Positions 35,880 through 45,520 of a DNA stretch of 64,000 bases are shown here, piece by piece. This DNA is from Clostridia bacterium (lineage in GTDB: Bacteria > Bacillota > Clostridia > Christensenellales > UBA1242). The translations under genes were made by a program, and so were the position numbers. Under the pieces are notes generated by a model, which had not been told where the DNA came from, did not search any database, and saw nothing but the letters and a program-made list of their open reading frames with translations. Every line of letters begins with the position of its first letter. The stretch's first letter is position 1. Location of the stretch: the NCBI GenBank assembly GCA_017623705.1, contig JAGAOQ010000014.1:383-64382 (forward strand), given 5' to 3'.

Positions 35880-37685
35880 TTACCTTGCCTGCGAATCAAA
35901 TAGACGATATTTTTTACGGTCTTGATATTCTTGCCGTTTACCAGCATGATAATTAGCAACAGGACGCAGAAAACCCACTACCCGACTCCATACTTCGGTT
36001 ACTTGCTTGCAAGACGGACACCGCCAATGTTCACCTGCCAAGTACCCATGCACAGGACAAATTGAAAATGTCGGTGTCAATGAAAGATATGGCAGTGAAT
36101 ATTGAGCAAAAATCTTTTTAATTAAACCTTTCACCGCTTCAACATCGTCCAACTTCTCACCCGTATATAAATGCACTACTGTTCCACCGGTATATAATTT
36201 TTGCAGTTCATCTTGCAAAGTAATCATTGCAAACAAGTCATCGGTATAACCTACGGGCAGTTGCGTGCTATTCGTATAATATGGTACATCGCTTGTTCCT
36301 GCGGTAATAATTTGTGGATAAAGCTTACGATCCAAATTTGCCAAACGACTTGCAGTACTTTCTGCTGGTGTTGCTTCCAAGTTATACATGTTGCCAGTTG
36401 TTGTTTGGTAATAACTTAACTTATCCCGCAAAAAGTTCATCACACGCAAAGCAAACTGTTGCCCACTTGCGGTTTCAATCCCGACTTGTTTGAGATTCAA
36501 CAAACATTCGTGCATACCGACTAAACCGATCGTACTAAAATGATTTCCCCAGTAACTACCAGTACGTTCTTTAACGCCTTGCAAATAATAAGCACTATAC
36601 GGATAAAGTCCCGCCAACGTTTGCTCCTCAACGAAACGACGTTTAATTTCCAAACTTTCCTTGGCTAAATCCGCCAACTGTCCCAAACGAACAAAGAAAT
36701 CGTCTTCATCACGAGCTTCATAGCCAAGCCGTGGCAAATTCAAAGTTACTACCCCAATACTGCCCGTCAACGGGTTAGAGCCAAACAGCCCACCGCCACG
36801 CTTTCTTAATTCACGTAAATCCAAACGCAACCGACAACACATCGACGTCGCATCTTCGGGGCTTAAATCCGAATTGACGTAATTAGCAAAATAAGGAATC
36901 CCATATTTTGATGCCATTGCCGTAATTTGCGTCATGACAGGACTATCCCAGTCAGTTGCTTTGGTAATATTAACAGTAGGAATCGGGAAAGAAAAGACTC
37001 GACCATGACTGTCGCCCGCCAACATCACTTTACAAAAAGCCAAATTCAGTCGATCCATTTCGTTTTGATAGTCGCCATAAGTAGTTACTTGCAAAACTCC
37101 ACCAATCACGACAGGAACATCACGTAAACTTTGCGGGCACACCACATCTAAGGTCAAATTAGAAAACGGACATTGAAAACCAGTCCGTGTCGCAACGTTC
37201 ATGTTAAACAAAAACTCCTGCAATAATTGTTCCAAAGCTTGATCGTCTAAATTATCGGCACGGACAAAAGGTGCTAAATACGTATCAAAAGACGACCACG
37301 CCTGAGCCCCTGCCGCTTCACCTTGCAAAGTAAAAGTTGCGTTAACAATTTGCCCTAACGCTGTTGATAAATGTTTTGCTGGTGATGCCGAAACTTTACC
37401 CGCAACGCCAGTAAATCCTAACAAAAGTAATTGTCGTAAATCCCACCCGACGCAATAAGGACCGAAAAAACCTAAATCGTGCAAATGAAAAGCTCCACTT
37501 CGGTGTGCATTAGCAATCTCTGGCGGATATACTTCACTTAATACATACACTTGCGTAATCGACTCTCGAAGATGTAAATGCAACCCCGCTACCGAACGTT
37601 GCATGTTGGCATTATTTTTAACCGCAAAATCATCACCCTTTAAGTACTGATTAAATAATTCACGAACCATTTGTTGACTATCCAT
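35880..37685 (-). CDS. nrdD: anaerobic ribonucleoside-triphosphate reductase, short form without ATP-cone
   Basis: C-terminal Zn ribbon CPVHG..CPSCK and glycyl-radical motif SRVVGFLRP. Confidence 0.85.
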   Translation of the reverse strand: MDSQQMVRELFNQYLKGDDFAVKNNANMQRSVAGLHLHLRESITQVYVLSEVYPPEIANAHRSGAFHLHDLGFFGPYCVGWDLRQLLLLGFTGVAGKVSASPAKHLSTALGQIVNATFTLQGEAAGAQAWSSFDTYLAPFVRADNLDDQALEQLLQEFLFNMNVATRTGFQCPFSNLTLDVVCPQSLRDVPVVIGGVLQVTTYGDYQNEMDRLNLAFCKVMLAGDSHGRVFSFPIPTVNITKATDWDSPVMTQITAMASKYGIPYFANYVNSDLSPEDATSMCCRLRLDLRELRKRGGGLFGSNPLTGSIGVVTLNLPRLGYEARDEDDFFVRLGQLADLAKESLEIKRRFVEEQTLAGLYPYSAYYLQGVKERTGSYWGNHFSTIGLVGMHECLLNLKQVGIETASGQQFALRVMNFLRDKLSYYQTTTGNMYNLEATPAESTASRLANLDRKLYPQIITAGTSDVPYYTNSTQLPVGYTDDLFAMITLQDELQKLYTGGTVVHLYTGEKLDDVEAVKGLIKKIFAQYSLPYLSLTPTFSICPVHGYLAGEHWRCPSCKQVTEVWSRVVGFLRPVANYHAGKRQEYQDRKKYRLFDSQAR

Positions 37686-37731
37686 CAGTTTATCTTATTG
37701 AGATTCAAGCTTTTTGGTGTATAGTGTCAAC

Positions 37732-37998
37732 TTATTGTGCTTCGTTCAATGCTTGCGTTAAAGCATTAGCCAACTGGTCTGGACAACTTGTACCACGGCC
37801 ATGACAGTTAATTCCCTTTAATTTTGTAATTAAATCTTGTGCTTTCTGCCCTTCTGCCAAAGTTGCAATTCCCACAGTATTGCCTGGACAACCGCCCATA
37901 AACTGCACGTTATGAACTATGTCTTGTTCGTCTAATTCAAAACGAATTTGCATGCTGCAAACACCTTTGGGTTGATAACTAAACTGTCGCATTTTCAT
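37732..37998 (-). CDS. TSCPD-domain small protein (four-Cys family)
   Basis: GVCS..GGCPGN..INCHGRGTSCPDQLA. Confidence 0.7.
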   Translation of the reverse strand: MKMRQFSYQPKGVCSMQIRFELDEQDIVHNVQFMGGCPGNTVGIATLAEGQKAQDLITKLKGINCHGRGTSCPDQLANALTQALNEAQ

Positions 37999-38554
37999 GA
38001 TCCTCCTGCTCGACTAAATGATTATAAATATACTCAAAAACTTCGGGAGCTTTATCTTTCCACCGTGCCGCAGCTCGGATTGCGTCAGCACGTGAAGGCA
38101 CACGCAACTTTAATTCCATTAAATTATGTGGACCCGTATAATCTTTAATCATAAAAACTACGGTTTGCGTGCCGTCAGTATTTTTGAAATAATCAATACG
38201 GTATTCCTGACTACGCTTCATACGTAATTTATTCTCATCTGTGTACTTAATTATACTTTCACGAATTGAAGCAGGAATTTTCGTCCAAAAATGAGCTAAA
38301 CAATCACGCCCATCTTTGGCAAGTTGGTACATCAAATCCCCCGAAACAGTTTTTGCCACAACGAACTTAACATCGACAATCTTTGCCAAAGCTTCACGGT
38401 AATCCATGTATGACATCAAATCAGGGTTAGACATAATAATTTCGGACAAAGTATTTTCCGACAATGGAATTTCCATCTTTTCAAAGATAAACAGTAAAAT
38501 AATTTTACGTGTAATTTCGTCAGCAACAAAATAAGTACTTCGATTGTTATTCAC
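37979..38554 (-). CDS. hypothetical protein, possibly DUF4364-type winged-helix protein
   Basis: 191 aa. Overlaps valS (8 nt) and the TSCPD gene (20 nt). Family assignment is from memory of the N-terminal pattern only. Confidence 0.45.
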   Translation of the reverse strand: MNNNRSTYFVADEITRKIILLFIFEKMEIPLSENTLSEIIMSNPDLMSYMDYREALAKIVDVKFVVAKTVSGDLMYQLAKDGRDCLAHFWTKIPASIRESIIKYTDENKLRMKRSQEYRIDYFKNTDGTQTVVFMIKDYTGPHNLMELKLRVPSRADAIRAAARWKDKAPEVFEYIYNHLVEQEDHENATV

Positions 38555-40694
38555 CAGTCAAATTATATAACAGTTCCTTAAACTTAGCAAGTTTCTCTTG
38601 CTCTTGTTGAACCAAAGTCGCTGGGGCTTTTGCCATGAAACCTTGATTATTTAACAAGTTTGTCGCACGTGCAATTTCCGCACGGTAGAACTTTGCTTGT
38701 GCTTCCGTATCAACAGGTTTTTCCACCTTTTCGACTTTTGGTTTGGGTTTATCTTTACATTCTTCAATATAACGATCACAGAAATCAGTCCAGAACCATT
38801 GTTGTAGTTCATTAGCAGCAACACCAAATTCATACTTCTCGTAACGACGGGTAATGGTACGGATAATTTTGTTCAAACTAACTTGCATCCAGTGTTTCTT
38901 ACCTTTAATTGCGGTTGGAAATGGTTCAAAAGCTAATTCAGTATCATGCCCCATTTCATGCCAAATTTGTTCCGTAATGTAAGGTGCAATCGGGTGCAAC
39001 ATCTTAATAAAGCATTCCAAAGCAGTTACTAATAACTCGTTATCTTTGTGCATTAAAACGAACTTAGTAGCGTTCCAAATTTTATTCATAAAATAACGTG
39101 ATTTAGTAATTTTTTCATCGCCATAATTAGGATCACGATCCAAACTTGAACCAAACAACAAAGAATAACGCAAAACATCACAACCATGTTGTTCGATAAT
39201 ATCAATCGGGTCAATCCCATTACCCAACGACTTACTCATTTTGCGTCCCTGACTATCACGGACTAAACCGTGGAACAAAACAGTATGGAACGGTAATTTT
39301 TTGGTATGATAAATTGCTGAAAATACCATACGAATTACCCAAAAGAAAATAATTTCATAAGCAGTTACCAAAACATCAGTTGGATAAAAATAATCAAAGT
39401 CAGCTTGATTTTTATTCAAAGTAACGAACGGCCACAAGGCGGACGAAAACCAAGTATCCAAAACGTCAGTTTCGCCTTCAATCGGGATACGGTGCCCCGA
39501 AATCAACTGACGAGAAATACACCAGTCCTTAATGTTATTTAACCAGTGTAAATACATTTTTTGGAACTTTTTAGGAACAATAACTAACCCATTATTCAAC
39601 GCTTGAATTGCTGGTTGAGCTAAATCGTGCATTTTAACAAACCATTGTTTAGAAATAGCCGGTTCAGCAGTTTGATGACAACGATAACATTCACCAATTT
39701 TTGAAACATGTTCTTTGGTAGCAACTAACAACCCTGCTTTTTCCAAATCCGCCACCACAGCATTACGAGCATCAAGCACGGTCATGCCTGCATATTTACC
39801 AACATCACCGCACATCAGTCCTTTTTCGTTGATAACTTTAAGATGACCTAACTGATGACGTTCACCGACTTCATAGTCGTTGTGGTCATGTGCCGGCGTA
39901 ATTTTCACTGCCCCAGTACCAAATTTCATATCAACCGAATCGTCAGCAATAACTGGAATTTCACGGTTTGTCAACGGCAACGGCACAGTTTTACCAATCA
40001 AATTTTGGTAACGCTTGTCATTGGGATTAACCGCAACCGCAACATCGCCAAACAAAGTTTCTGGACGTGTTGTTGCCACACGCAACGGTCCGTATTGAAT
40101 TGTCCAAATTTTACGCTTAACTTCCCGATATTCAACCTCAATTTCGGACAAAGCGGTATGACAGGTTGGACACCAGTTAATCATACGTTCGCCTTGATAA
40201 ATATAACCGTCATTATATAAACGATGGAAAGCTTTATTGACTTCTTCCTTGCAATGGTCTTCCATGGTAAAAGTAAAACGAGACCAATCACAAGACAAAC
40301 CTAAACGTTTGAACTGATTACAAATAATACCTTGGTAGTGGTCATACCAATTTTGGATACGCTCCATAAATTGTTCCCGAGTTAAGTCTTGTTTAGTTAA
40401 ACCTTCTTTTTTTAATTCTTCCACAACCTTAGCTTCGGTAGCAATCGCCGCATGGTCTGCCCCTGGTAACATTAAAGCTTCATAACCTTGCATGCGTTTG
40501 AAACGCACCAAAGCATCAATAATTGTACAGTTAAAAGCATGACCAATATGCAATTTACTGGTGATATTTGGTGGCGGCATAATTACCGTAAAAGGTTTTT
40601 TATCACGGTTGACGTTAGCCCGAAAAACTTGATTATCCAGCCACTTTGCATTGTAATGAGCTTCACACGCCTTGAAGTCGAAATTTTTATCCAT
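38547..40694 (-). CDS. valS: valine--tRNA ligase, unusually short (715 aa) with rearranged anticodon-binding region
   Basis: PPPNITSKLHIGHA (HIGH), TTRPETLFGD editing domain, KMSKSLGN, C-terminal coiled coil NQGFMAKAP. Confidence 0.85.
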   Translation of the reverse strand: MDKNFDFKACEAHYNAKWLDNQVFRANVNRDKKPFTVIMPPPNITSKLHIGHAFNCTIIDALVRFKRMQGYEALMLPGADHAAIATEAKVVEELKKEGLTKQDLTREQFMERIQNWYDHYQGIICNQFKRLGLSCDWSRFTFTMEDHCKEEVNKAFHRLYNDGYIYQGERMINWCPTCHTALSEIEVEYREVKRKIWTIQYGPLRVATTRPETLFGDVAVAVNPNDKRYQNLIGKTVPLPLTNREIPVIADDSVDMKFGTGAVKITPAHDHNDYEVGERHQLGHLKVINEKGLMCGDVGKYAGMTVLDARNAVVADLEKAGLLVATKEHVSKIGECYRCHQTAEPAISKQWFVKMHDLAQPAIQALNNGLVIVPKKFQKMYLHWLNNIKDWCISRQLISGHRIPIEGETDVLDTWFSSALWPFVTLNKNQADFDYFYPTDVLVTAYEIIFFWVIRMVFSAIYHTKKLPFHTVLFHGLVRDSQGRKMSKSLGNGIDPIDIIEQHGCDVLRYSLLFGSSLDRDPNYGDEKITKSRYFMNKIWNATKFVLMHKDNELLVTALECFIKMLHPIAPYITEQIWHEMGHDTELAFEPFPTAIKGKKHWMQVSLNKIIRTITRRYEKYEFGVAANELQQWFWTDFCDRYIEECKDKPKPKVEKVEKPVDTEAQAKFYRAEIARATNLLNNQGFMAKAPATLVQQEQEKLAKFKELLYNLTGE

Positions 40695-40706
40695 TGTAAC
40701 AGTTTA

Positions 40707-43475
40707 CTATAATCCGTAAAGTTCCGCAACCTGTTCACGAGTAATCAAGACTTCACGTGCTTTACCATTACCGAAATCAGCACCCACAAAACCCGCACGC
40801 TCTAATTGATCCATAATACGCCCTGCCCGACCAAAACCAACCGAGAACTTACGTTGAATTTCGGAAATAGACAAGGTACGGCGGACGTTACCATCACGCA
40901 CAGCGTAGCGTAAGATTGCGACGAATTTCGGGTCTTGTTCACTAACACCACCACCGTCGTCATCAAAGCCCGTCATACTATTATCTGGAATACCGTTCAA
41001 AATCAAATCTTCAATTTCACGGTTGTAATCTGGCGGATTCTTTTCTCTTACGTAATTAGTTACACGGTGAATTTCATCATTCGTCATGTAGCAACCTTGA
41101 ACACGTTCAATACCTTTGGCAGTCATGAACAACATATCACCACGTCCCATCAAAGTTTCTGCACCTACGGTATCCAAAATCGTACGACTATCAAAACCAC
41201 TTAACACACGGAAAGCAATACGAGTACCAATATTAGCTTTAATTACCCCACCGATGACGTCGACACTTGGTCTTTGTGTCGCCAAAATAATGTGAATACC
41301 AGCAGCACGAGCTTTCTGTGCCAAGTTTTGAATACTGTCTTCAACTTCTTTTTTATTACGGGACATCAAGTCCGCCGTTTCATCAACCACCATCACGATA
41401 TATGGCATCGCTGGAATTTGTCCATTTTTATATGCCGGCAAAGCATGATACAAAGCAATATTATTAACCCGTTGCCCTTGCAATAAATCATAACGATGAT
41501 CCATTTCACGAATCAACCACTTGAAAGCGTTAACCGCATGCGTTGCGTCGGAAATACATCTTTCCACCAACATGTGTGGTAAACCGTTATACATACCAAG
41601 TTCGACCCCACCCTTCATGTCAATTAAGAGCAACTTTAATTCTTCGGGGCTAGATTTGAAAATCAAACTTGTCAAAATGGTATTGATACAAACCGATTTA
41701 CCCGAGCCAGTAGTACCCGCCACCAATAAGTGTGGCATATCCGCCAAATCGGCAACAATCGGCTCATCGTTAATATTTTTACCAACACAAATTGCCAACG
41801 GGCTTTTATGCAATAAGAACTCACGAGAACCAAGCAAATCTTTAATTGAAACCGTACCAATCGTATGATTAGGAACTTCAATCCCAATCGCATTTTTACC
41901 TTCGATTGGACTTTCCATACGAGTGTTATTTGTCTTCAAAACAAAGTTCATGTCATCTCGTAGATTTTCGATTTGAGCAACACGTGTTCCTAACTCTGGC
42001 ACAATTTCAAAACGAGTTACCGCTGGTGCCACGCTAAAACTTTGTACTTTGGCACGCACGTTATATTGTTGAAACAATTCGTTAAGCTTATTTTCTTTCT
42101 CACTGGCTTCTGCATTGAACTGGCTTAAATCCATACTTTGGGTTTGAATTAAATCCAAAGTTGGCTTATGATAACGCTTGTTTTTGAAAGTATCCGCAAC
42201 CGGCTCAGGTGCAGATGTTGGTGTCGTGTTTGAATTATCAAAAGTAAAGGTTGTTTGACTGTTCAAATTTTGAATTGCTGCCGCATTACGACGACGTCCC
42301 ATTGCTGGATTAGTTTGAATTTCTGAATTATTCACAGGGGCACTCGGCGGTGTCCAATTAGAATTAGCACCTTGCCATTGCATGCCAGTTGGTTGTGCCC
42401 AAGTATTAGCCGGAGGAACAGGAGAAACTGGTGGAACTGGTTGGACAGGAGGCACAATTCCATTTGCCAATGGCATAGTTGGTGATGGCATATATGGATA
42501 ATTAGGCGTACCCATGACCGGCATTTGCGGTACAGTTGGTGTAACAGGTGTTACCGGAGCAACGGGTGTAACTGGTGTCAAAGGAACAGGCGTTGATTGT
42601 GGATTTGCCCAAGCACTACTGTCCACAGTTTGCCACGGAATGGCAACACCGTTATTATAAATGTTCAAACCCGCAGGCATTACCCCAGCCCCGGTTGCCG
42701 ATGCCTGCGTAATTCCCTCTGGTGTCGTTAAATTTTTCAAGGCAACAGGACTATCCGCCTTAACTTTGCTAGTTTCTTTTTTTGGCAAAGCACCAAGTCC
42801 TAACAAACTTTTGCTAGCTTCAAATTCACGACGATTTTCCCGCATGAGTTCTTTACTGCTTGCTTGTAATTTTTCGTATAATTCGGCGGTTGTAGTCGCA
42901 AAATCACGCAACACGGTTTCTTGCGGTTGTTTTGCTTCCATGGTAATCAAATGCTTTTCGTAGCTTTTGGTAATGACACGGTTAACAACCAAAATTAAAC
43001 CGACCAAGAAAAACACACTTAACAACAAATAAGCACCGGTTGTGCCAGAAACGACTAACAACAAATACGAAGGCAAGGCGAACAAAACACCACCCGGAGT
43101 TAAATTCTTACTAGAAAAACAATAACTTAAATATTCACCCAAGGTAGCACTTTCGCCGTTATTAACAACTGTTTGCGTAAAGCCAACATGCATGGCAGTA
43201 AAGAAAGCAAACAGCATAATTAACGCCCCCCATAGATACTGGGCATTAACTTTGATTCTTTTGCCGTTGCGTAAGCAAATACCAAAAACGGCAGTCAAGA
43301 TAAATACACAATAAACATAAATTCCAGCAACACCATACAAAAAATTGGTAACAAAATCAAACAAACGGAACAAGACCAATAAGGCGAAAATTCCAGACGC
43401 CCAAATAATAACGTCCCCCACTGGAAATGGCCGTTTCTCAATTTGTTGCTTAGTGCGATGGATAGTGCCGTCCAT
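40707..43475 (-). CDS. ftsK: DNA translocase FtsK/SpoIIIE
   Basis: N-terminal TM segments, P/V/T-rich linker, VAGTTGSGKSVCIN Walker A, C-terminal gamma wHTH. Confidence 0.9.
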   Translation of the reverse strand: MDGTIHRTKQQIEKRPFPVGDVIIWASGIFALLVLFRLFDFVTNFLYGVAGIYVYCVFILTAVFGICLRNGKRIKVNAQYLWGALIMLFAFFTAMHVGFTQTVVNNGESATLGEYLSYCFSSKNLTPGGVLFALPSYLLLVVSGTTGAYLLLSVFFLVGLILVVNRVITKSYEKHLITMEAKQPQETVLRDFATTTAELYEKLQASSKELMRENRREFEASKSLLGLGALPKKETSKVKADSPVALKNLTTPEGITQASATGAGVMPAGLNIYNNGVAIPWQTVDSSAWANPQSTPVPLTPVTPVAPVTPVTPTVPQMPVMGTPNYPYMPSPTMPLANGIVPPVQPVPPVSPVPPANTWAQPTGMQWQGANSNWTPPSAPVNNSEIQTNPAMGRRRNAAAIQNLNSQTTFTFDNSNTTPTSAPEPVADTFKNKRYHKPTLDLIQTQSMDLSQFNAEASEKENKLNELFQQYNVRAKVQSFSVAPAVTRFEIVPELGTRVAQIENLRDDMNFVLKTNNTRMESPIEGKNAIGIEVPNHTIGTVSIKDLLGSREFLLHKSPLAICVGKNINDEPIVADLADMPHLLVAGTTGSGKSVCINTILTSLIFKSSPEELKLLLIDMKGGVELGMYNGLPHMLVERCISDATHAVNAFKWLIREMDHRYDLLQGQRVNNIALYHALPAYKNGQIPAMPYIVMVVDETADLMSRNKKEVEDSIQNLAQKARAAGIHIILATQRPSVDVIGGVIKANIGTRIAFRVLSGFDSRTILDTVGAETLMGRGDMLFMTAKGIERVQGCYMTNDEIHRVTNYVREKNPPDYNREIEDLILNGIPDNSMTGFDDDGGGVSEQDPKFVAILRYAVRDGNVRRTLSISEIQRKFSVGFGRAGRIMDQLERAGFVGADFGNGKAREVLITREQVAELYGL

Positions 43476-43483
43476 TATCTTAA

Positions 43484-43512
43484 ATTATATACAAATTTTT
43501 GACTTTCGTAAA
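43484..43512 (-). promoter_or_regulatory. sigma-A-type promoter, leaderless configuration (ftsK)
   Basis: TTTACG-N17-TATAAT, then 8 nt to the ATG at 43475. Confidence 0.45.
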
Positions 43513-43515
43513 ATA

Positions 43516-44751
43516 TTATTTACCAACTACGACTGTAATCATATTTTCTACCACTAAATACTTTTTAATGACGGCGTTAAGGTCTGCGACGGTTAAAGCA
43601 TCAATAATTTTCAATTCATCTTCAAGACTAATGATGCGGTTATGAACGGAAACTACTTCCATCATGCGGTTGTTTACCTTGCTAGTAATTTCACTACCAA
43701 ACAAGCACTGCATGTGCCATTGATTACGATATTTAGCCAATTCATCTTCACGAACACCATTACGCAACAAATTATCAATTTCTTGCTTAACAACATCAAT
43801 AACCTTTTGCGTGTTTTGTGGTGTGCACGAGAACACGACCCTTGAACTACCGCCGATGTCGCTAGTTTCTAATTCGGTATGAATCGAATAAACCAAACCA
43901 AGTTTTTCTCGCACGTTAATAAACAAGCGACTACTCATATCACCGCCAAACAACAAGTTGAACAAAGATAACGCATAGCGGTCATTGTCGTATTGATTAC
44001 AAACAGGAAACGCCAAAGCGACATGTTGTTGCTCTGTGTCCTTTTTAACTTGCAGACGTGATGACTCGGGTTTAATTGCTGGGCAATTTTCACGTTGCTT
44101 TGGTGTTGCTGGTTGCGTCGTTAAATAAGGCAAAAAGTATTTGTTAACCAAAGCTTCTGCTTGCTCAACCGTAATGTTACCCGCAAAAGCCAGAATAGTA
44201 TTTGGTGCGATGTAGTGTTTTTTGAGATATTGATAAATATCTTGTGGTTGATACTTTTTAATTGCCGTCGCATTTCCTGCTACGGGGTGTTCGTATTTTG
44301 TTCCACGATAAAATACCGTATTCAAACGATCGTACATTACCGAAGTCGGGTTATCTTCGTGCATGGCAATTTCCTGCACAATTACATCGCCTTCTTTATC
44401 AAAGTCTTCCGCTTCAAATTTAGTATTAAAGTACATGTCGGCATATAAATCGACACAAGCTTCAATATTTTCGGCAATCGACTTGGTGTAATAACAAGTC
44501 GCACTTTCGCTAGTCCACGCATTGTAATAAACACCTAAACGAGAAAACTCATCAATAATTTGTTGTCCTGTACGGTTAGTTGTGCCTTTGAACAACATGT
44601 GTTCACAGAAGTGCGATAAACCTTCTTCGGTTTTAGTTTCATCACCACTACCCGCCATTACCATCATATTAAAAGCAATACTTTTGAAATTTTCCATTGG
44701 CGTTACAACTAAACGCAAGCCGTTGGGATAAGTTTTAATGATTGTTTCCAT
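43516..44751 (-). CDS. M16 family (insulinase-like) zinc peptidase
   Basis: GLSHFCEHMLFKGT (HxxEH). Synteny with pnp and the deacetylase matches B. subtilis pnpA-ylxY-mlpA. Confidence 0.8.
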   Translation of the reverse strand: METIIKTYPNGLRLVVTPMENFKSIAFNMMVMAGSGDETKTEEGLSHFCEHMLFKGTTNRTGQQIIDEFSRLGVYYNAWTSESATCYYTKSIAENIEACVDLYADMYFNTKFEAEDFDKEGDVIVQEIAMHEDNPTSVMYDRLNTVFYRGTKYEHPVAGNATAIKKYQPQDIYQYLKKHYIAPNTILAFAGNITVEQAEALVNKYFLPYLTTQPATPKQRENCPAIKPESSRLQVKKDTEQQHVALAFPVCNQYDNDRYALSLFNLLFGGDMSSRLFINVREKLGLVYSIHTELETSDIGGSSRVVFSCTPQNTQKVIDVVKQEIDNLLRNGVREDELAKYRNQWHMQCLFGSEITSKVNNRMMEVVSVHNRIISLEDELKIIDALTVADLNAVIKKYLVVENMITVVVGK

Positions 44752-44757
44752 AAGAAT

Positions 44758-44786
44758 ATGATAGCCAAAATCATAAAATTAGGCAA
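44758..44786 (-). promoter_or_regulatory. sigma-A-type promoter, leaderless configuration (M16 peptidase)
   Basis: TTGCCT-N17-TATCAT, then 6 nt to the ATG at 44751. Confidence 0.5.
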
Positions 44787-44806
44787 ATCATAATATCTAT
44801 AAAGAG

Positions 44807-45520
44807 ATGCCAAACAAAAAAATTGTCATTACGAATAGTATTATCTGTTGCGTGCTACTTGTTTTAGGTTTCCTTGTTAGCACAATCAACGTCAATCAAA
44901 CTTATCTAACGGTTTCGTCCCCGCTTTCCAATGGCGACCGAGAAAGCAAACAAATCGGCTTAATGTTTATCATCGACGAAAACGAATTAGCCAACAATCT
45001 CCCGAACATTTTAACCACTCTCGACAAAGCAAAATTCAATGCGACCTTTTTCTTCACAGGAACCACCGCCATCAACAACCTGGAACTGCTCGAAAATCTA
45101 GCTCAACAACACGAGTTAGGTAATTACGGCTTCTCAAATACCAAACTAAATATCGCCGACAAAAATTTAATCACCGACGAAATTCGTTTAGCCGACGCAC
45201 TCATTAACTCACTCACACAAACACAGATGAAAGTTTTTACACCACCGCACGGAGCATTCAACAAGCACACACTCGCCATGGCAGACAATTTAGGTTACAC
45301 CACTGTACTACCCACGAACCGAGATGTTGTCATTGATTGGCAAACCGCAGATAGCAACTTAGTCTTATCTTACGCTACCTACCAAATACAAAGTGGCGAC
45401 ATTATAGCATTAAAGCCAACTATCGCCACCATGCAATGTTTTGCACAAATTATTACGAATTATACCAGTAACGGACTAAAAGTTACTTCGCTGGAACGTC
45501 TGTTTCAGTTGACGGAGTAA
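44807..45520 (+). CDS. NodB-homology (polysaccharide deacetylase-like) protein with degenerate catalytic motifs
   Basis: FIIDEN (vs TFDD), GNYGFSN (vs HSxxH), TPPHG (vs RPPYG), IDW. N-terminal anchor. The 3' end overlaps pnp by 38 nt. Confidence 0.65.
   Translation: MPNKKIVITNSIICCVLLVLGFLVSTINVNQTYLTVSSPLSNGDRESKQIGLMFIIDENELANNLPNILTTLDKAKFNATFFFTGTTAINNLELLENLAQQHELGNYGFSNTKLNIADKNLITDEIRLADALINSLTQTQMKVFTPPHGAFNKHTLAMADNLGYTTVLPTNRDVVIDWQTADSNLVLSYATYQIQSGDIIALKPTIATMQCFAQIITNYTSNGLKVTSLERLFQLTE

Noticed and set aside
42380-42620. Short tandem-like DNA repeats (ggtgtaac/ggtgttac..) that could be mistaken for a repeat array
   Set aside because: They encode the Pro/Val/Thr-rich linker of FtsK (PVTPVAPVTPVTP). 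This is coding low complexity, not a CRISPR or a non-coding repeat.
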